A DNA stretch of 64,000 nucleotides from NCBI GenBank assembly GCA_965116905.1, contig OZ220732.1:3424001-3488000 (forward strand), read 5' to 3'. The stretch comes from Longimicrobiales bacterium. Lineage in GTDB: Bacteria; Gemmatimonadota; Gemmatimonadetes; Longimicrobiales; Gaopeijiaceae. The notes under the pieces are model-generated. The model saw nothing but the letters and a program-made list of their open reading frames with translations, made no database searches and had not been told where the DNA came from. Positions within the stretch are counted from its first letter, which is position 1. Each line of letters opens with the position of its first letter. A program made the position numbers and the translations under genes. This document shows positions 8,816 through 19,397 of this stretch, piece by piece.

Positions 8816-11179
8816 TTGGCGGACAATTCCAGCGAGTTGAGACAAGAGATCGAGGCGCTCCGGGAACGCGTCTCAAGGCTGAGCGCCGCCGTCCTGCGCG
8901 CGAGCAGCAGCCTGGACCTGGACACCGTGCTGCAGGAGGTGCTCGACAGCGCATGCGCCCTGACCGGGGCCCGCTTTGGCGTGATCGTCACCGTCGACAG
9001 CACTGGACAGGCCGGCGAGTGGGTAATGTCCGGCTTCGATCCGGTAGAGCACGAAGCGCTGGTCGCCTGGCCGTACGGCCCGCAGCTCTTCGAACACCTC
9101 AGAAGTCTTGCCGCGCCGATTCGCGTCGGGGACCTGCCTGCCTATGTCCGTGCGCTGGGCTTCTCGGGCGACGTGATGCCGTCGAAGACGATGGTGGGCA
9201 CGCCGCTGCGACACCGGGACATGAACGTCGGCAACTTCTTTCTCGGCGAGAAGGAAGGCGGGCAGGAGTTCACGCAGGCCGACGAGGAAGTCCTGACGCT
9301 GTTCGCCGCCCAGGCCGCTACCGCGATCGCCAACGCTCGCGCGCACCGCGAGGAGCGCAGGGCGCGGGCGGATCTGGAGACGCTGATCGAGACTTCGCCG
9401 GTAGGGGTGGTGGTTTTCGACGGGCCAACCGGCGAGCTGGTGTCGTTCAACCGCGAAGCGCGCCGGATCGTCGACGCGCTGAGCACGCCGGGGCAGGCTC
9501 CGGAGCAACTGTTGGAGACGATCATCTGCCACCGCGCGGACGGGCGGGAGATTGCCCTGGCCGAGTTTCCGATGGCGCAGTTGCTGGTCAATGCCGAGAC
9601 ATTGCGCGCCGAGGAGATGACGCTTTCCGTCGCGGATGGCCGGAGCGTGACCGCGCTGGTCAACTCGACGCCGCTCAAGGCTGACGACGGGACCGTGCTT
9701 TCGGCCATGGTCACGCTGCAGGATCTGGAGCCGCTGGAGGAACTGGAGCGCATGCGTGCGGAGTTCCTGGGGATCGTGAGTCACGAGTTGCGAACGCCGC
9801 TCATCTCGATCAAGGGCTCCACGGCGACCGTCCTGGGCGCCTCGCCGGCGCCGGACCCGGCCGAAATGCTGCAGTTCTTCCGGGTCATCGACGAGCAGGC
9901 CGACCGCATGCGCGGCCTGATCGGCGAGCTGCTCGACCACGGGCGGATCGTGACCGGCACCCTTTCGGTGTCGCCCGAGCCCACGGATGTCGCGGCTCTC
10001 GTGGATCAGGCCCGGAGTACGTTCGTGAGCGGGACCGGCAGGCACACGCTCGACATCGACCTGCCGGAGGACCTGCCGCGCGTGCTGGCCGACCCGGCGC
10101 GGATCGTCCAGGTCCTGAGCAATCTTCTGTCCAACGCCGCCAAGTACTCTCCCGAAGCGTTGCCCATCACGATCGACGCAAAGCGGGACGGCGTGCACGT
10201 CGCGATCTCCGTGAGCGACAAGGGCCGCGGTGTGCCGCCGGACCGGCTGTCGCACCTGTTCCGCAAGTACGCCGCGCCGGTCGGAGGAGACCGCGAGCGA
10301 GGCGAGGCGGGGGCCGGGCTCGGGCTCACCATATGCAGGGGCCTTGTGGAGGCCCACGGGGGCCGGATCTGGGTCGAGAGCGGCGGCGTGGGACAGGGAA
10401 CGCGATTCACCTTCACGGTGCCCGTGGCCGAGGAGCCGGACACCGTGTCCGAGCGCGTCGCCATGGCCGGATCGCGCGGAGCTCCGCAGACGCATGAGAA
10501 GACGCGCGTCCTGGTGGTGGACGACGACCCCCAGATGCTTCGGTACCTCCGGGACGCGCTCACCGGCGCGGGCTACGCCACCGTCGTGACGGGGGACGCG
10601 GACGACGTTGCCGGCCTCGTCGCGCAGCACAAGCCCGGGCTGGTCGTGCTGGACCTGCTCCTTCCCGGTACCGACGGCATTGCGTTGATGGAGCGGGTGC
10701 CGCAGTTGAGCGACGTGCCCGTCATCTTCATCTCTGCCTACGGGCGGGACGAAACCATCGTCAGGGCGCTGGACGCGGGCGCGGCGGACTATATCGTCAA
10801 GCCGTTCTCTCCGTCGGAGCTGACGGCCAGGGTGCGGGCCGCCCTGCGGCGCGTCGCGGGGCCCGAGCCCTTCGTCCTCGGGGAACTGGCCATCCGATAC
10901 GACCGGCGGCACGTCTCCGTCGCCGGCGAGCAGGTGCAGCTGACCCCCACGGAGTACGAGCTGCTGCGAGTGCTGTCGGTGAACGCGGGGCGGGTGGTGA
11001 CACACGAGTCGCTCTTGCGGCAGGCCTGGCGCGGAGGAGATCAGCGCCCGCCGGACCCCAAGCTGGTGCGGGCCGTCATCAAGCGGCTCCGCCGCAAGCT
11101 GGGCGACGACGCGGCCAACCCGGAGTACGTCCGGAACGAGCGCGGGGTCGGGTACTTCATGCCGGCGGGGTCTGGGTAG
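8816..11179 (+). CDS. Hybrid sensor kinase/response regulator: GAF-PAS-HisKA-HATPase-REC-OmpR winged helix
   Basis: SHELRTPL H-box, NLLSNAAKY N-box, GAGLGL G2-box, VLVVDDD receiver, LTPTEYELL...RGVGY output domain. Confidence 0.93.
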   Translation: MADNSSELRQEIEALRERVSRLSAAVLRASSSLDLDTVLQEVLDSACALTGARFGVIVTVDSTGQAGEWVMSGFDPVEHEALVAWPYGPQLFEHLRSLAAPIRVGDLPAYVRALGFSGDVMPSKTMVGTPLRHRDMNVGNFFLGEKEGGQEFTQADEEVLTLFAAQAATAIANARAHREERRARADLETLIETSPVGVVVFDGPTGELVSFNREARRIVDALSTPGQAPEQLLETIICHRADGREIALAEFPMAQLLVNAETLRAEEMTLSVADGRSVTALVNSTPLKADDGTVLSAMVTLQDLEPLEELERMRAEFLGIVSHELRTPLISIKGSTATVLGASPAPDPAEMLQFFRVIDEQADRMRGLIGELLDHGRIVTGTLSVSPEPTDVAALVDQARSTFVSGTGRHTLDIDLPEDLPRVLADPARIVQVLSNLLSNAAKYSPEALPITIDAKRDGVHVAISVSDKGRGVPPDRLSHLFRKYAAPVGGDRERGEAGAGLGLTICRGLVEAHGGRIWVESGGVGQGTRFTFTVPVAEEPDTVSERVAMAGSRGAPQTHEKTRVLVVDDDPQMLRYLRDALTGAGYATVVTGDADDVAGLVAQHKPGLVVLDLLLPGTDGIALMERVPQLSDVPVIFISAYGRDETIVRALDAGAADYIVKPFSPSELTARVRAALRRVAGPEPFVLGELAIRYDRRHVSVAGEQVQLTPTEYELLRVLSVNAGRVVTHESLLRQAWRGGDQRPPDPKLVRAVIKRLRRKLGDDAANPEYVRNERGVGYFMPAGSG

Positions 11180-12354
11180 ACCCAGCCCTCACCCGGCAGC
11201 TGCCCGAGAGGCACGAGACCGCCCTGCCCGCCTGATACACACGCTCCTCCATCGACAACGGGGCACAGGTTGAGGTCCAGGCTGTCGAAGTACGCGAGGC
11301 GGTTGGGGATCGCCGCCGTGATCGTGTCCGCCATGCCCTCGGTGATGCGGTCCCTGCGGTGCCTGACGGCGAGCCAGGCGCTGAAGCTCTCGGCCAGGTC
11401 CTCACGGTCAGGGTAATCCCGGGCGTAGGTCGAGATGAACGTGGGGTCGGCTGCCTGCGCCGCCCGCCAGCCGGGCGCGTCCGCGTGCGTCGAATCGAGC
11501 GACGTATGGACACCCTCATGGACAAACGCCTCGGCGAGGAACCCCTGTTGCCGGTATTCTTCGCCGCGGCCGGTGTGTACGAGCAGCGAGCGGTTGCCGC
11601 CCCCGAACGCCTCGTTGCCCCGGTGTATCCAGACGGCGTCCACGTCCTCCCGAAGTGCAGCCGGAATCCGGCCGATCGCGGGCGCGTATTCGCGGGCTGC
11701 CGCCTCGGCCTCCGTCCAGGTGCCGAACTCCGGGTTGACCTGGAACTCGGTGGTCGGCCCGTTGGCAAAGGTGGCGTCGAACAGGTAGGCCTGGATCGTG
11801 ATCCACCTCGCGGGGCGCCGGTCGTAGACGAGCCGCTCGCCGCGGCCGGCCGGCTCGAGATCCACGAAGTCCGTGGTGTCCGATGGAAGAATGATGTCCG
11901 GGTCCAGGAAGACAGTGCCGCGATAGGGCGGAGCCCGGTGTGGGGCGTCCACCGTGAGTCGGGCGGTACCCTGTACGCTCCCGGTTGCGGCTGTGATCGT
12001 CGCGGTGCCGTTACCCACGGCCGCCGCAAGTCCGGAGGCGTCTATCGTCGCGACCGAGGCGTCGGCGCTCGACCAGGCGACCGAGACTCCCGCCAACACC
12101 CGTCCGTTCTGGTCTCGCACCTCGGCCGAGAACCGCACGGTCTCGCCCAGCGCCGTCAGTTCCGCGGTGGACGGGGTAACGGTCACCGTCGTCGCGCGAG
12201 GTGGATCTGTGGGCGGGGGTGCGGGCCCGGTCGCGCCATCGCCGCATGCGACGGTCCAGGCCAGCAGGACCGCCACCAGGGCCGGTCGTGCACCATTCGT
12301 GCCCCAGCCACCCCGTGGCGCCATGGCCGCCCGTGACATCGCCGACGTCATCAT
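11041..12354 (-). CDS. Lipoprotein with Big_2 Ig-like domain and putative zincin (HEGVH...EDLAES)
   Basis: Lipobox TVAC, WSSADASVATID Ig motif, HExxH. Start uncertain; 3' tail overlaps the kinase gene. Confidence 0.75.
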   Translation of the reverse strand: MMTSAMSRAAMAPRGGWGTNGARPALVAVLLAWTVACGDGATGPAPPPTDPPRATTVTVTPSTAELTALGETVRFSAEVRDQNGRVLAGVSVAWSSADASVATIDASGLAAAVGNGTATITAATGSVQGTARLTVDAPHRAPPYRGTVFLDPDIILPSDTTDFVDLEPAGRGERLVYDRRPARWITIQAYLFDATFANGPTTEFQVNPEFGTWTEAEAAAREYAPAIGRIPAALREDVDAVWIHRGNEAFGGGNRSLLVHTGRGEEYRQQGFLAEAFVHEGVHTSLDSTHADAPGWRAAQAADPTFISTYARDYPDREDLAESFSAWLAVRHRRDRITEGMADTITAAIPNRLAYFDSLDLNLCPVVDGGACVSGGQGGLVPLGQLPGEGWVYPDPAGMKYPTPRSFRTYSGLAASSPSLRRSRLMTARTSLGSGGR

Positions 12355-12530
12355 ACGACCTCTAAGCGATACGTTTGTCGCGATGACAACTTTACATGAC
12401 ATTTTCATGGCCGTCATCGGAGACTCCGGTTCATTCTTTCCGGTCCATATCGGGATCTCCGCGACCGGTCAGCACCCCCAAACCGGTCTTGGGTGCCCCA
12501 AAGGTGTCACCCGGCGGGTCGGTGTCGCGG

Positions 12531-12751
12531 TCAGCCCCCCGCCCCGGCCGAGCCCAGGACGTGCGCGCGAAAGTCCTGCCGAAGCGTGTCCACGGAGCGG
12601 GTCACGCCCCGTCAGTTCTCCGCGAATCTCCGCGTGAGCCTTGCGGTTTTCGCGGCGCAGGTTTTCCACCATGCGCCAGCCGAATGCCCATCACCCCCAC
12701 AATGCTCAAGACGAACGTCCCCATCAGACCCGCGGCCTGCCACCAATCCAT
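12531..12751 (-). CDS. Small TM/coiled-coil protein, apparently broken by two +1 G indels
   Basis: GGAGG RBS. MDWWQAAGLMGTFVLSIVGVM continues as AFGWRMVENLRRENRKAHAEIRGELTGVTRSVDTLRQDF if one G is removed from each of two G-runs. Confidence 0.5.
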
Positions 12752-12994
12752 CCGTCCTCCTCCCGTGCCGGTGTTCGGTCCCCGACCCACCGAAGGTACC
12801 GACCGACCGACGGGGGCCGCAACGGAATCGCGCCGATCCAGAATCTCGATGGATCGAGGGGCGCCCGAATAGCGGGATGGGACGGGTCATCGCGGCGGTG
12901 TCCGCGTTTGCGATTGACGGGTGACCGGCTAGGTTGCGGTAGGGGGCGAAACGGGGACGGGCAGGTCGTGCTGCCCAGGGGAAGGGACGGTGTG

Positions 12995-13213
12995 ATGAAG
13001 GAATGGCTGGAGTCGTGGAAGGCTGTCGCTACAATCATGGCGGCGGTGGTAGGCGGTACGCTGTGGATCGCTACCAGCATCGGACAAGTCCGAACCGAGT
13101 TGCGGGACGAGATTCACTCCCTGGAGGTCCGCATGGAGGGCCGTCTCAGCGCGGTCGAAGCCAAGCTGGACGTGCTCATCGACGCTCTGGACATCCAGGC
13201 CGGCGACGACTAA
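12995..13213 (+). CDS. Small N-terminal TM plus coiled-coil protein
   Basis: MKEWLESWKAVATIMAAVVGGTLWIA followed by heptad-like LRDEIHSLEVRMEGRLSAVEAKLD. Confidence 0.7.
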   Translation: MKEWLESWKAVATIMAAVVGGTLWIATSIGQVRTELRDEIHSLEVRMEGRLSAVEAKLDVLIDALDIQAGDD

Positions 13214-13391
13214 TGAGGGGCTACGGCACATAGCGTTAGGTTCAGACAAGCGACCGGCGCGGTTGCCTCGGCAACCCGACTGAACGGTTGCCTGGGGGGC
13301 GGGCGGTTCTCTCGTTCGGCGAGAGGCTGCCGCCTCTCTTTGTTGCCCAACCTGGAACATCACGGCATGACTAGGGGGTTAGTCAATCCGC

Positions 13392-13800
13392 TCAGCTCTC
13401 CCGGGCACTCGCGAGCAGGTCGGCGCTCGTCTCGCATTCGATGACCCGCTGGCCAATACGGGCGAGGTGCTCTGGATCGGTGACCCCCTCCAGCAGTTGC
13501 GACAGACGCTCGGCCGTCTCCGGCCCGAACTTGAGCCTCGCCTGTCGGCAAACCATTGTGGCACGGCCTTCCGCACTGCCCTTATCCGACCACTGCTGAT
13601 CCCGTTCCTCGTTGCCGAGTCCCCGCAGAATACCAACGGTGTAGTCCATCATCCGCAGCGCCCCATGCGGCGATCGATGGTCGACTGGAACTTGAGCAGC
13701 ACGAACAGGTAGAGCCAGCTGCCTTCGACCGCCAGGGCCTTCCAGAGCATGTCGGCGTGCCGCTGGCCGAGCCGTGTGGCAGCCAGACGCCTCTGACCTC
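13392..13800 (-). pseudogene. Rpn/YhgA-family (PD-(D/E)XK putative transposase) remnant
   Basis: RHADMLW...WLYLFVLLKFQSTIDRRM(ALR)MMDY (typical EFQ reads KFQ; frameshift in GGGG) is joined directly to a C-terminal RQARLKFG...ECETSADLL; the middle is missing. Confidence 0.75.
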
Positions 13801-13890
13801 GTTGCTGTCGAAGCTGGAAGACCGCGTCGAGGCCGTCCTCGATCTCATGAGGGCCAAGCCATGCCAGGGCACGGATGACCACTCCCGCCC

Positions 13891-15219
13891 CTACTCCTTC
13901 TCCCTCAACTCCAGCGGCGGCCGCCATTCCTCCACTCCCGGCAGCCGCCGGCCCCAGGTGTTGCCGTAGGGATCGCTCGCCCCCGACAGGAACCGGATCG
14001 CGAGCCGGTGCAGCATGTTCACCTTCGGTACGAAGCCGTGGAAGCCGGCCAGCCCGGACAGCGCCCGGTCCCTCAGTTCCCAGTAGCCCAGGTCGCCGGG
14101 GGTGACGCAGATGACGCGGGACTCGTTCATGAACGGAGGGATGGCGCCCGCAAGCGGCACGGTGCCGTCGCCGGTGTTGCGCCTGACACCCTGGTCCTCC
14201 GATTCCCAGTCGTTTCGGCGCTCGTCGGAGCTGAGGAGGAAGCGGGGCCTGCTCTCCTCGTCGCGCCCGACCCGCAGCGCAACACGGGTTTCCGTATCGA
14301 CACCCGCGACCGCGAGCCAGTCGTCGTCGCGCAGGATGTTCCCGCTCGACTCGTTGCGGGCTTCCTCGCCCGCCGTGCCGCTCCCGGCCACCAGCCTCAA
14401 CCCCGAGATCCGCTCCCGGTGCGCCCTGGCCGCGTCGAGCATGTCCTTGAACAAGTCCGTGCCTGCCACGCGCCAGCCCCTGACCTGGTGCACGATCGTG
14501 CGGATCACGCTGGGCTGCCAGGCGTCCGGGTGAAAGATGTCCGATTCCATGCCGTCTTCCACGACGAGCGCGCCGTCGAAGCTCGGCAGCAGGTGGTAGA
14601 GCGCCGGCGTCATGCGCGCCATGCGGCGTTCCCGTGCCCCGCCCGAATTGTCGCCCAGGTCGGCCGTGCCGGTGGCCAGCTTGAGAATCGCTTCGTGCGA
14701 CCCCTGAAACGGCGACGCCAGGGTCACCACCTTGTGGACGGCGCCGCCGCCGTGGCGTTCGATGTAGCCAGCGATGATCAGCCCGCCCATCGAATGCCCG
14801 ACCAGGTTGACCGTCGGGTTGCGCCTGTAGTCCTCGTCGTCCCTGTAGTGCTTCAGCAGCAGGGTTCGGTCGATGACCTCCTGGACGAACGCGGCCAGCC
14901 GTTCCTCGATCCGGTCCAGCGGCAGCCGCCAGTCGTAGCCGAAGGGAAAGACCGGCGCCGGTTCGTCTTCCTCACCGGCCAGACCGTCCCGCAGCTCCTC
15001 GGTCAGGTCCTCGTAGATGAGCGGGAAAGGACCGCCGGAAGAGACGCGGGCCGGCTCGAGCAGCTCGTAGCGCTGGTCCTCCGGATGCACGGTGATCCGG
15101 TCGTAGCGCTTGTTGCGCACCGCGGTCCAGACGGCTTCGGGCGGCAGCTCGTACTCGTCGTGCAGAACGGATGCCGTGATCCCGGGGATGACGATGGTCG
15201 GGGATGTAGTGATGGGCAT
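13891..15219 (-). CDS. Alpha/beta-hydrolase, LCAT/lipase-like acyltransferase
   Basis: VIPGITAS, FGYDWR, nucleophile GHSMGG, GDGTVP. Confidence 0.88.
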   Translation of the reverse strand: MPITTSPTIVIPGITASVLHDEYELPPEAVWTAVRNKRYDRITVHPEDQRYELLEPARVSSGGPFPLIYEDLTEELRDGLAGEEDEPAPVFPFGYDWRLPLDRIEERLAAFVQEVIDRTLLLKHYRDDEDYRRNPTVNLVGHSMGGLIIAGYIERHGGGAVHKVVTLASPFQGSHEAILKLATGTADLGDNSGGARERRMARMTPALYHLLPSFDGALVVEDGMESDIFHPDAWQPSVIRTIVHQVRGWRVAGTDLFKDMLDAARAHRERISGLRLVAGSGTAGEEARNESSGNILRDDDWLAVAGVDTETRVALRVGRDEESRPRFLLSSDERRNDWESEDQGVRRNTGDGTVPLAGAIPPFMNESRVICVTPGDLGYWELRDRALSGLAGFHGFVPKVNMLHRLAIRFLSGASDPYGNTWGRRLPGVEEWRPPLELREKE

Positions 15220-15312
15220 GGGGGATTCCAGAATCGACCGCACGAGATTACGGTGGTCGGAGAGGGTTTGCAACCGCGCCGGTCGCATGGCCGAACTTGT
15301 CGCTGGGTTCCC

Positions 15313-16008
15313 CTACCGAACCACCGCCGCCCTCACCGACCCAACCGAAACCTGCTCGTACATCGTAGTCGCCGCCTGTTCCACGGTGGCCACGTAGTTG
15401 TGCAGCTCGCTGATGTCCTCGCTCCAGAAACGCAGCATGACGTCGCTCTGTCCCAGACGCGCTCCCTGGACGGGATTGGCCACGAACGCGCGCAGGCCAT
15501 TGGCGAGCGAAACCTGGTAGGCCGTCAGATTCGGTCCGGCTTGCACGGAGTCGAGGGACGGCCCTTCCACGCGCAACACGACGGCTCCCAGGTCGGGCAC
15601 GGCATCCTGCACTATGACGTGCAGCGGCCCGGGTTTGGCGACGACCGTGATGACCAGTGTCTGCGCTGCTGACAGCCCGCCCGGATCGCTGGCGGTCACT
15701 GTGACTGTCGCCGTCCCCTTCGTCAATGCGACGACGGATACGACCGCGCCCGTCACCGACGCGGTTGCCACGGACGCGTTCGATGTCGTCGCGGAAAAGA
15801 CCAGCCTGTCGTTGTCGGGGTCGTTGAAGTAGGCGGACACATCGACGGTCACCGTATCCGTGGCCGGCACCTCCTGGGCCGGAATGCTGCCCACGGCGAC
15901 CGGCGCCTGGTTGACGGGCGGCGGTGTTACCACGGGTGCGTCGTCCCCACAGGAATAGAGCGCGGCCATGACCGAAACGCCCACCACCAGCAGTGCGATC
16001 CGCTTCAT
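15313..16008 (-). CDS. Ig/cadherin-like domain lipoprotein
   Basis: Lipobox LYSC; NQAPVAVGSIP...YFNDPDND...VTASDPGGL; ATGA overlap with upstream gene. Confidence 0.8.
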   Translation of the reverse strand: MKRIALLVVGVSVMAALYSCGDDAPVVTPPPVNQAPVAVGSIPAQEVPATDTVTVDVSAYFNDPDNDRLVFSATTSNASVATASVTGAVVSVVALTKGTATVTVTASDPGGLSAAQTLVITVVAKPGPLHVIVQDAVPDLGAVVLRVEGPSLDSVQAGPNLTAYQVSLANGLRAFVANPVQGARLGQSDVMLRFWSEDISELHNYVATVEQAATTMYEQVSVGSVRAAVVR

Positions 16009-19000
16009 GGCCGCCTCCCCGCAGAATCGCTCACCGTTCGGGGAGCCGGCGCGGATGTCGGCGCACACCCGCCGCCGGTCCCACCGGCATCGGGCGCGGC
16101 ACAATGGTGGAGCCACCTCAGGACGTCACCGGCATTGAACTTGCCATCCTGGTTGCCGAACCACTCCAGAAAACGGACCTGCGCATCCGCAAGGTGCTCC
16201 TGGCCGAGGAGTTGAAGCGCCGCCGCGTCTACACCGATCGGATCCTGCACGTCGAAGCGGTCCACGATCAGGCCATGCAGGTGTGGATGGTCCCTCACGC
16301 CGATCCTGATCGTGTCTTCATGGATCCCCGCCTCGAGCGCAGCGGCCGACCGGTTCCAGACGATCGGATCCGACCGGCCGCCGGCCGTCTGCTCCAATTC
16401 CAGCCACGACCCGCCGCTCTCCGCAAACCACACCGCCGACTCGGCTCCAAATCCCGACAGGCCGACAGACAGCGAGTCTCCCTGCGCCCGAGCCAGGCCC
16501 GCGACGCCCAGGCCGTCGGCCATGTGTAGGGCGATCAGCGCCAGCGGAGGTTCCACCGACAGGCTGTCCAGAAACGCCACGGGGCTCTCGGCGGCCAGCG
16601 GCCCGGAAATGAGAATCGTATCGACGTAGAGTCCGACACCCAGTTCACTAACGTCGCCGGTCCAGGTCACCGTACCGTCACCTGTCCCCGATGCCTGGAC
16701 GAGGTCGGCCCATCCCGGTCCGGATCGGGTCGCGCTCCACGGCGTCAACGCCGCGCGAGGGCCATCGAATTCGACGTCCACCGAGTCCGTGACCGCTTCT
16801 CCGTGCCCCATGGGCAGGGACCTCTTGCTGCCGGTGCGCGCGGCGGCAATCGTGCTCCAGTACCGCGCTCGAAGTTCAACAGGAATCACGACGGGGTCCG
16901 TTCCCGCAACATCTACGGTAATGGTCCCCTTGTGGTCTCCTGGAAGAAGGTCCGCCCCCGTCGCGATCGTGTAATCGAACCGTCCCCGTCCGACACCCGC
17001 ACCGTCCGCGACCGACAGCCAGGGCTGATCCGCTGTGCGCGCAGTCCACGGAGCACCGTAGTCGCCGCGGCCGCGCGGAGCCACGATCACCGTGCCGCCA
17101 AACGACGTGTCCGTTGCAGCGAACGCCGTATCGGCCACCGTTCCAGGGCGTGTGCTTGCAAGCAGCGGAATGTCGATGGGAATCTCGAACATCCCGCGTC
17201 CGTGCGTGGCCGCAACCAGACGGCCCGTACCCGGCTGGGCCGCAAGGTCGAACACCGCAACCATTGGAAACGCATCATCCAACGGGCTCCAGATCCCCCC
17301 GCCCCTGGCCGAGTAGAACACTCCAAGGTCGGTGCCGATGTAGACTCCGGCCGGGTCGGCGGGATCGTAGAGAACGGCATTGACCGGCATGTCCGGCAGG
17401 TTCCCCGACCGGTCTTCCCACGTCTCTCCGCCATCGGTGGTTTCGAACACATGGCCGGTTCCGAACCCTCCGACGACGGCGTAGGCTTGATCGGGATCGG
17501 TTGGGTGGACGGCCAGGTCGCCGACGTAGCGACTGGGCAGACTGCCTTCTTGCCCGGACCACGTCGCGCCGCCATCGCGAGTGGCGAAGACCATCGGTCC
17601 GCTTCTGGCGTAGGAGAGGCCAATGTAGACGACATCAGGATCTGACGCGGAAGGCGCTATCGCAGATATCCTGGACCGCCCGTCCCCCTCGAATACCGGC
17701 ACCCATGTCTCGGCCCGGTCGTCCGTCCTGTACAGTCGTGTCGTGCCGAAATAGAGCCGCCTTGAGTCAATGGGGTCCATGACGAAAGGCGGTATGAAGA
17801 GGCGTTCATCGTCTTCGTTGATGCCCATGCCGACGAATTCGCCGTTCCTGCGCGGCTGGTCGAGCTGGTACTCCCCGTACCAGATGCTCGGATCTTCGGC
17901 GTCGAAAGCGGTGAACCCGCCATCGCCGCCCATCACCTTGGTCCAGATCGTGGTGCCCGCGGCTGACCGCTGAGTCCCCTGATCCTGCGTACCGCCGAGG
18001 GTGACGGCCGGATCCAACGGATGCAGTGCGATCCCCGAGTAGAACTGGGTGATGGCGAGGTTGGTGGAAAGCGACGTGTAGGTCGCGCCCGCATCCATCG
18101 AACGGTAGACGCCGCCGTCGTTGGCCAGGTAGAGCACGTCGGGGCCGGTCAGGGTATCGAAGACCATCAGGTGCTGGTCCACATAGGTATCCTCGGGGTG
18201 GAACTCACGAAATGTGCGGCCGCCATCTTCCGACAGATACAGCAGCAGGGTGCCCAGGTTGACCCGGTCCGCGTCTTCCGGATGCACCGCCAGCGTCATG
18301 TCGTACCAGCACTGACGATGGCAGCTCGCCCCGGTTGCCTCGACGTGCGTCCAGGTATCGGCGCCATCGTCGCTGCGGTACATCAGCAAGCCCTCTCGCC
18401 GGGCATCCTCCGACCGGTCGTAGATGCTCGCATACAGCACATCCGGGTCCGAGGGCGCCACGGCAAGGTTGACCCGGCCCACCTCGGCATGCTCGGGAAA
18501 CGCCGGCGACACGGAGATCCACGACACGCCACCGTCCATGGAACGGTAGATCACGGGTTTGTCCCTGGCGTCGCGGCGATCTCGTCTCAGCGCAGCATAC
18601 AAGAGAGCCGGATCACCGGGCCTCATGACCAGATCCGTCACGACTCCGTCCAGGACTGTCCTCCACGTTCGGCCACTGTTCTCCGACCGAAAGAGTCCGT
18701 AGGTCGACGCGACCATGACCACCGTGGCGTTCGTCGTGCCGGCCGAACTCGGATCGATATGCACGCGCGAGATCCGGGTCCCACCCCAGCCCTGGCGCTG
18801 GAACACGCTGGATCCGAGCTGCTCCCAGGTGATTCCGCCGTTGGTCGACCGCAGAACGCCGCACCCGTAGTAGCTGTCTCCGGAAAAATGCTGCTCGCCG
18901 GTGCCCGCATAGATGATTTCGGGGTTGACGGGGTCGATCGCGATCGACCCCATCGCAAGCGAACATTCGCTGTCCGTCAGAGGCCGCCACGACGCGCCGG

Positions 19001-19397
19001 CATCGTCCGTCCTCCACACACCACCCTGGGCGGCGCCGATGTAGATCGTGTTGGGGTTGCGGGGATGAATCGCGATCGCCGATACCCGGCCGGATGTGTC
19101 CCAGCCAAAATCATCCGTGCGATCCGGGCCGAGCGAACGCCATCGGGACGAGACCACGGAGCCTGGGAAGGGGCCGGCTCCCGCCATGGCCTCCACCTGC
19201 CTCCGCGCCAACTGCAAGCGCTCCGCCAGGTTAACGCCGACACCCGAATAGAGCCGCAAACGGTCGAACTCCATCCGGGCGATGATACCGTCCGTCGTTT
19301 CGTCCTGCGCGGCGGCAGAGTGCGGCGCCGTGGCACCGTGCAGGATTCCCGCCAGCAGGGTAAGCCGGCACAGAAGGGATCTGAGTCCTTCATTCAT
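16005..19397 (-). CDS. Secreted VPS10/BNR (Asp-box) beta-propeller protein with C-terminal BACON-like domains
   Basis: Signal peptide; GRVSAIA, many SxDGGxTW Asp-boxes, ATHGRGMF. Confidence 0.88.
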   Translation of the reverse strand: MNEGLRSLLCRLTLLAGILHGATAPHSAAAQDETTDGIIARMEFDRLRLYSGVGVNLAERLQLARRQVEAMAGAGPFPGSVVSSRWRSLGPDRTDDFGWDTSGRVSAIAIHPRNPNTIYIGAAQGGVWRTDDAGASWRPLTDSECSLAMGSIAIDPVNPEIIYAGTGEQHFSGDSYYGCGVLRSTNGGITWEQLGSSVFQRQGWGGTRISRVHIDPSSAGTTNATVVMVASTYGLFRSENSGRTWRTVLDGVVTDLVMRPGDPALLYAALRRDRRDARDKPVIYRSMDGGVSWISVSPAFPEHAEVGRVNLAVAPSDPDVLYASIYDRSEDARREGLLMYRSDDGADTWTHVEATGASCHRQCWYDMTLAVHPEDADRVNLGTLLLYLSEDGGRTFREFHPEDTYVDQHLMVFDTLTGPDVLYLANDGGVYRSMDAGATYTSLSTNLAITQFYSGIALHPLDPAVTLGGTQDQGTQRSAAGTTIWTKVMGGDGGFTAFDAEDPSIWYGEYQLDQPRRNGEFVGMGINEDDERLFIPPFVMDPIDSRRLYFGTTRLYRTDDRAETWVPVFEGDGRSRISAIAPSASDPDVVYIGLSYARSGPMVFATRDGGATWSGQEGSLPSRYVGDLAVHPTDPDQAYAVVGGFGTGHVFETTDGGETWEDRSGNLPDMPVNAVLYDPADPAGVYIGTDLGVFYSARGGGIWSPLDDAFPMVAVFDLAAQPGTGRLVAATHGRGMFEIPIDIPLLASTRPGTVADTAFAATDTSFGGTVIVAPRGRGDYGAPWTARTADQPWLSVADGAGVGRGRFDYTIATGADLLPGDHKGTITVDVAGTDPVVIPVELRARYWSTIAAARTGSKRSLPMGHGEAVTDSVDVEFDGPRAALTPWSATRSGPGWADLVQASGTGDGTVTWTGDVSELGVGLYVDTILISGPLAAESPVAFLDSLSVEPPLALIALHMADGLGVAGLARAQGDSLSVGLSGFGAESAVWFAESGGSWLELEQTAGGRSDPIVWNRSAAALEAGIHEDTIRIGVRDHPHLHGLIVDRFDVQDPIGVDAAALQLLGQEHLADAQVRFLEWFGNQDGKFNAGDVLRWLHHCAAPDAGGTGGGCAPTSAPAPRTVSDSAGRRP

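Noticed and set aside
11041..11179. Functional antisense overlap of peptidase and kinase genes
   Set aside because: Tail looks like read-through to the next available stop; no evidence of function
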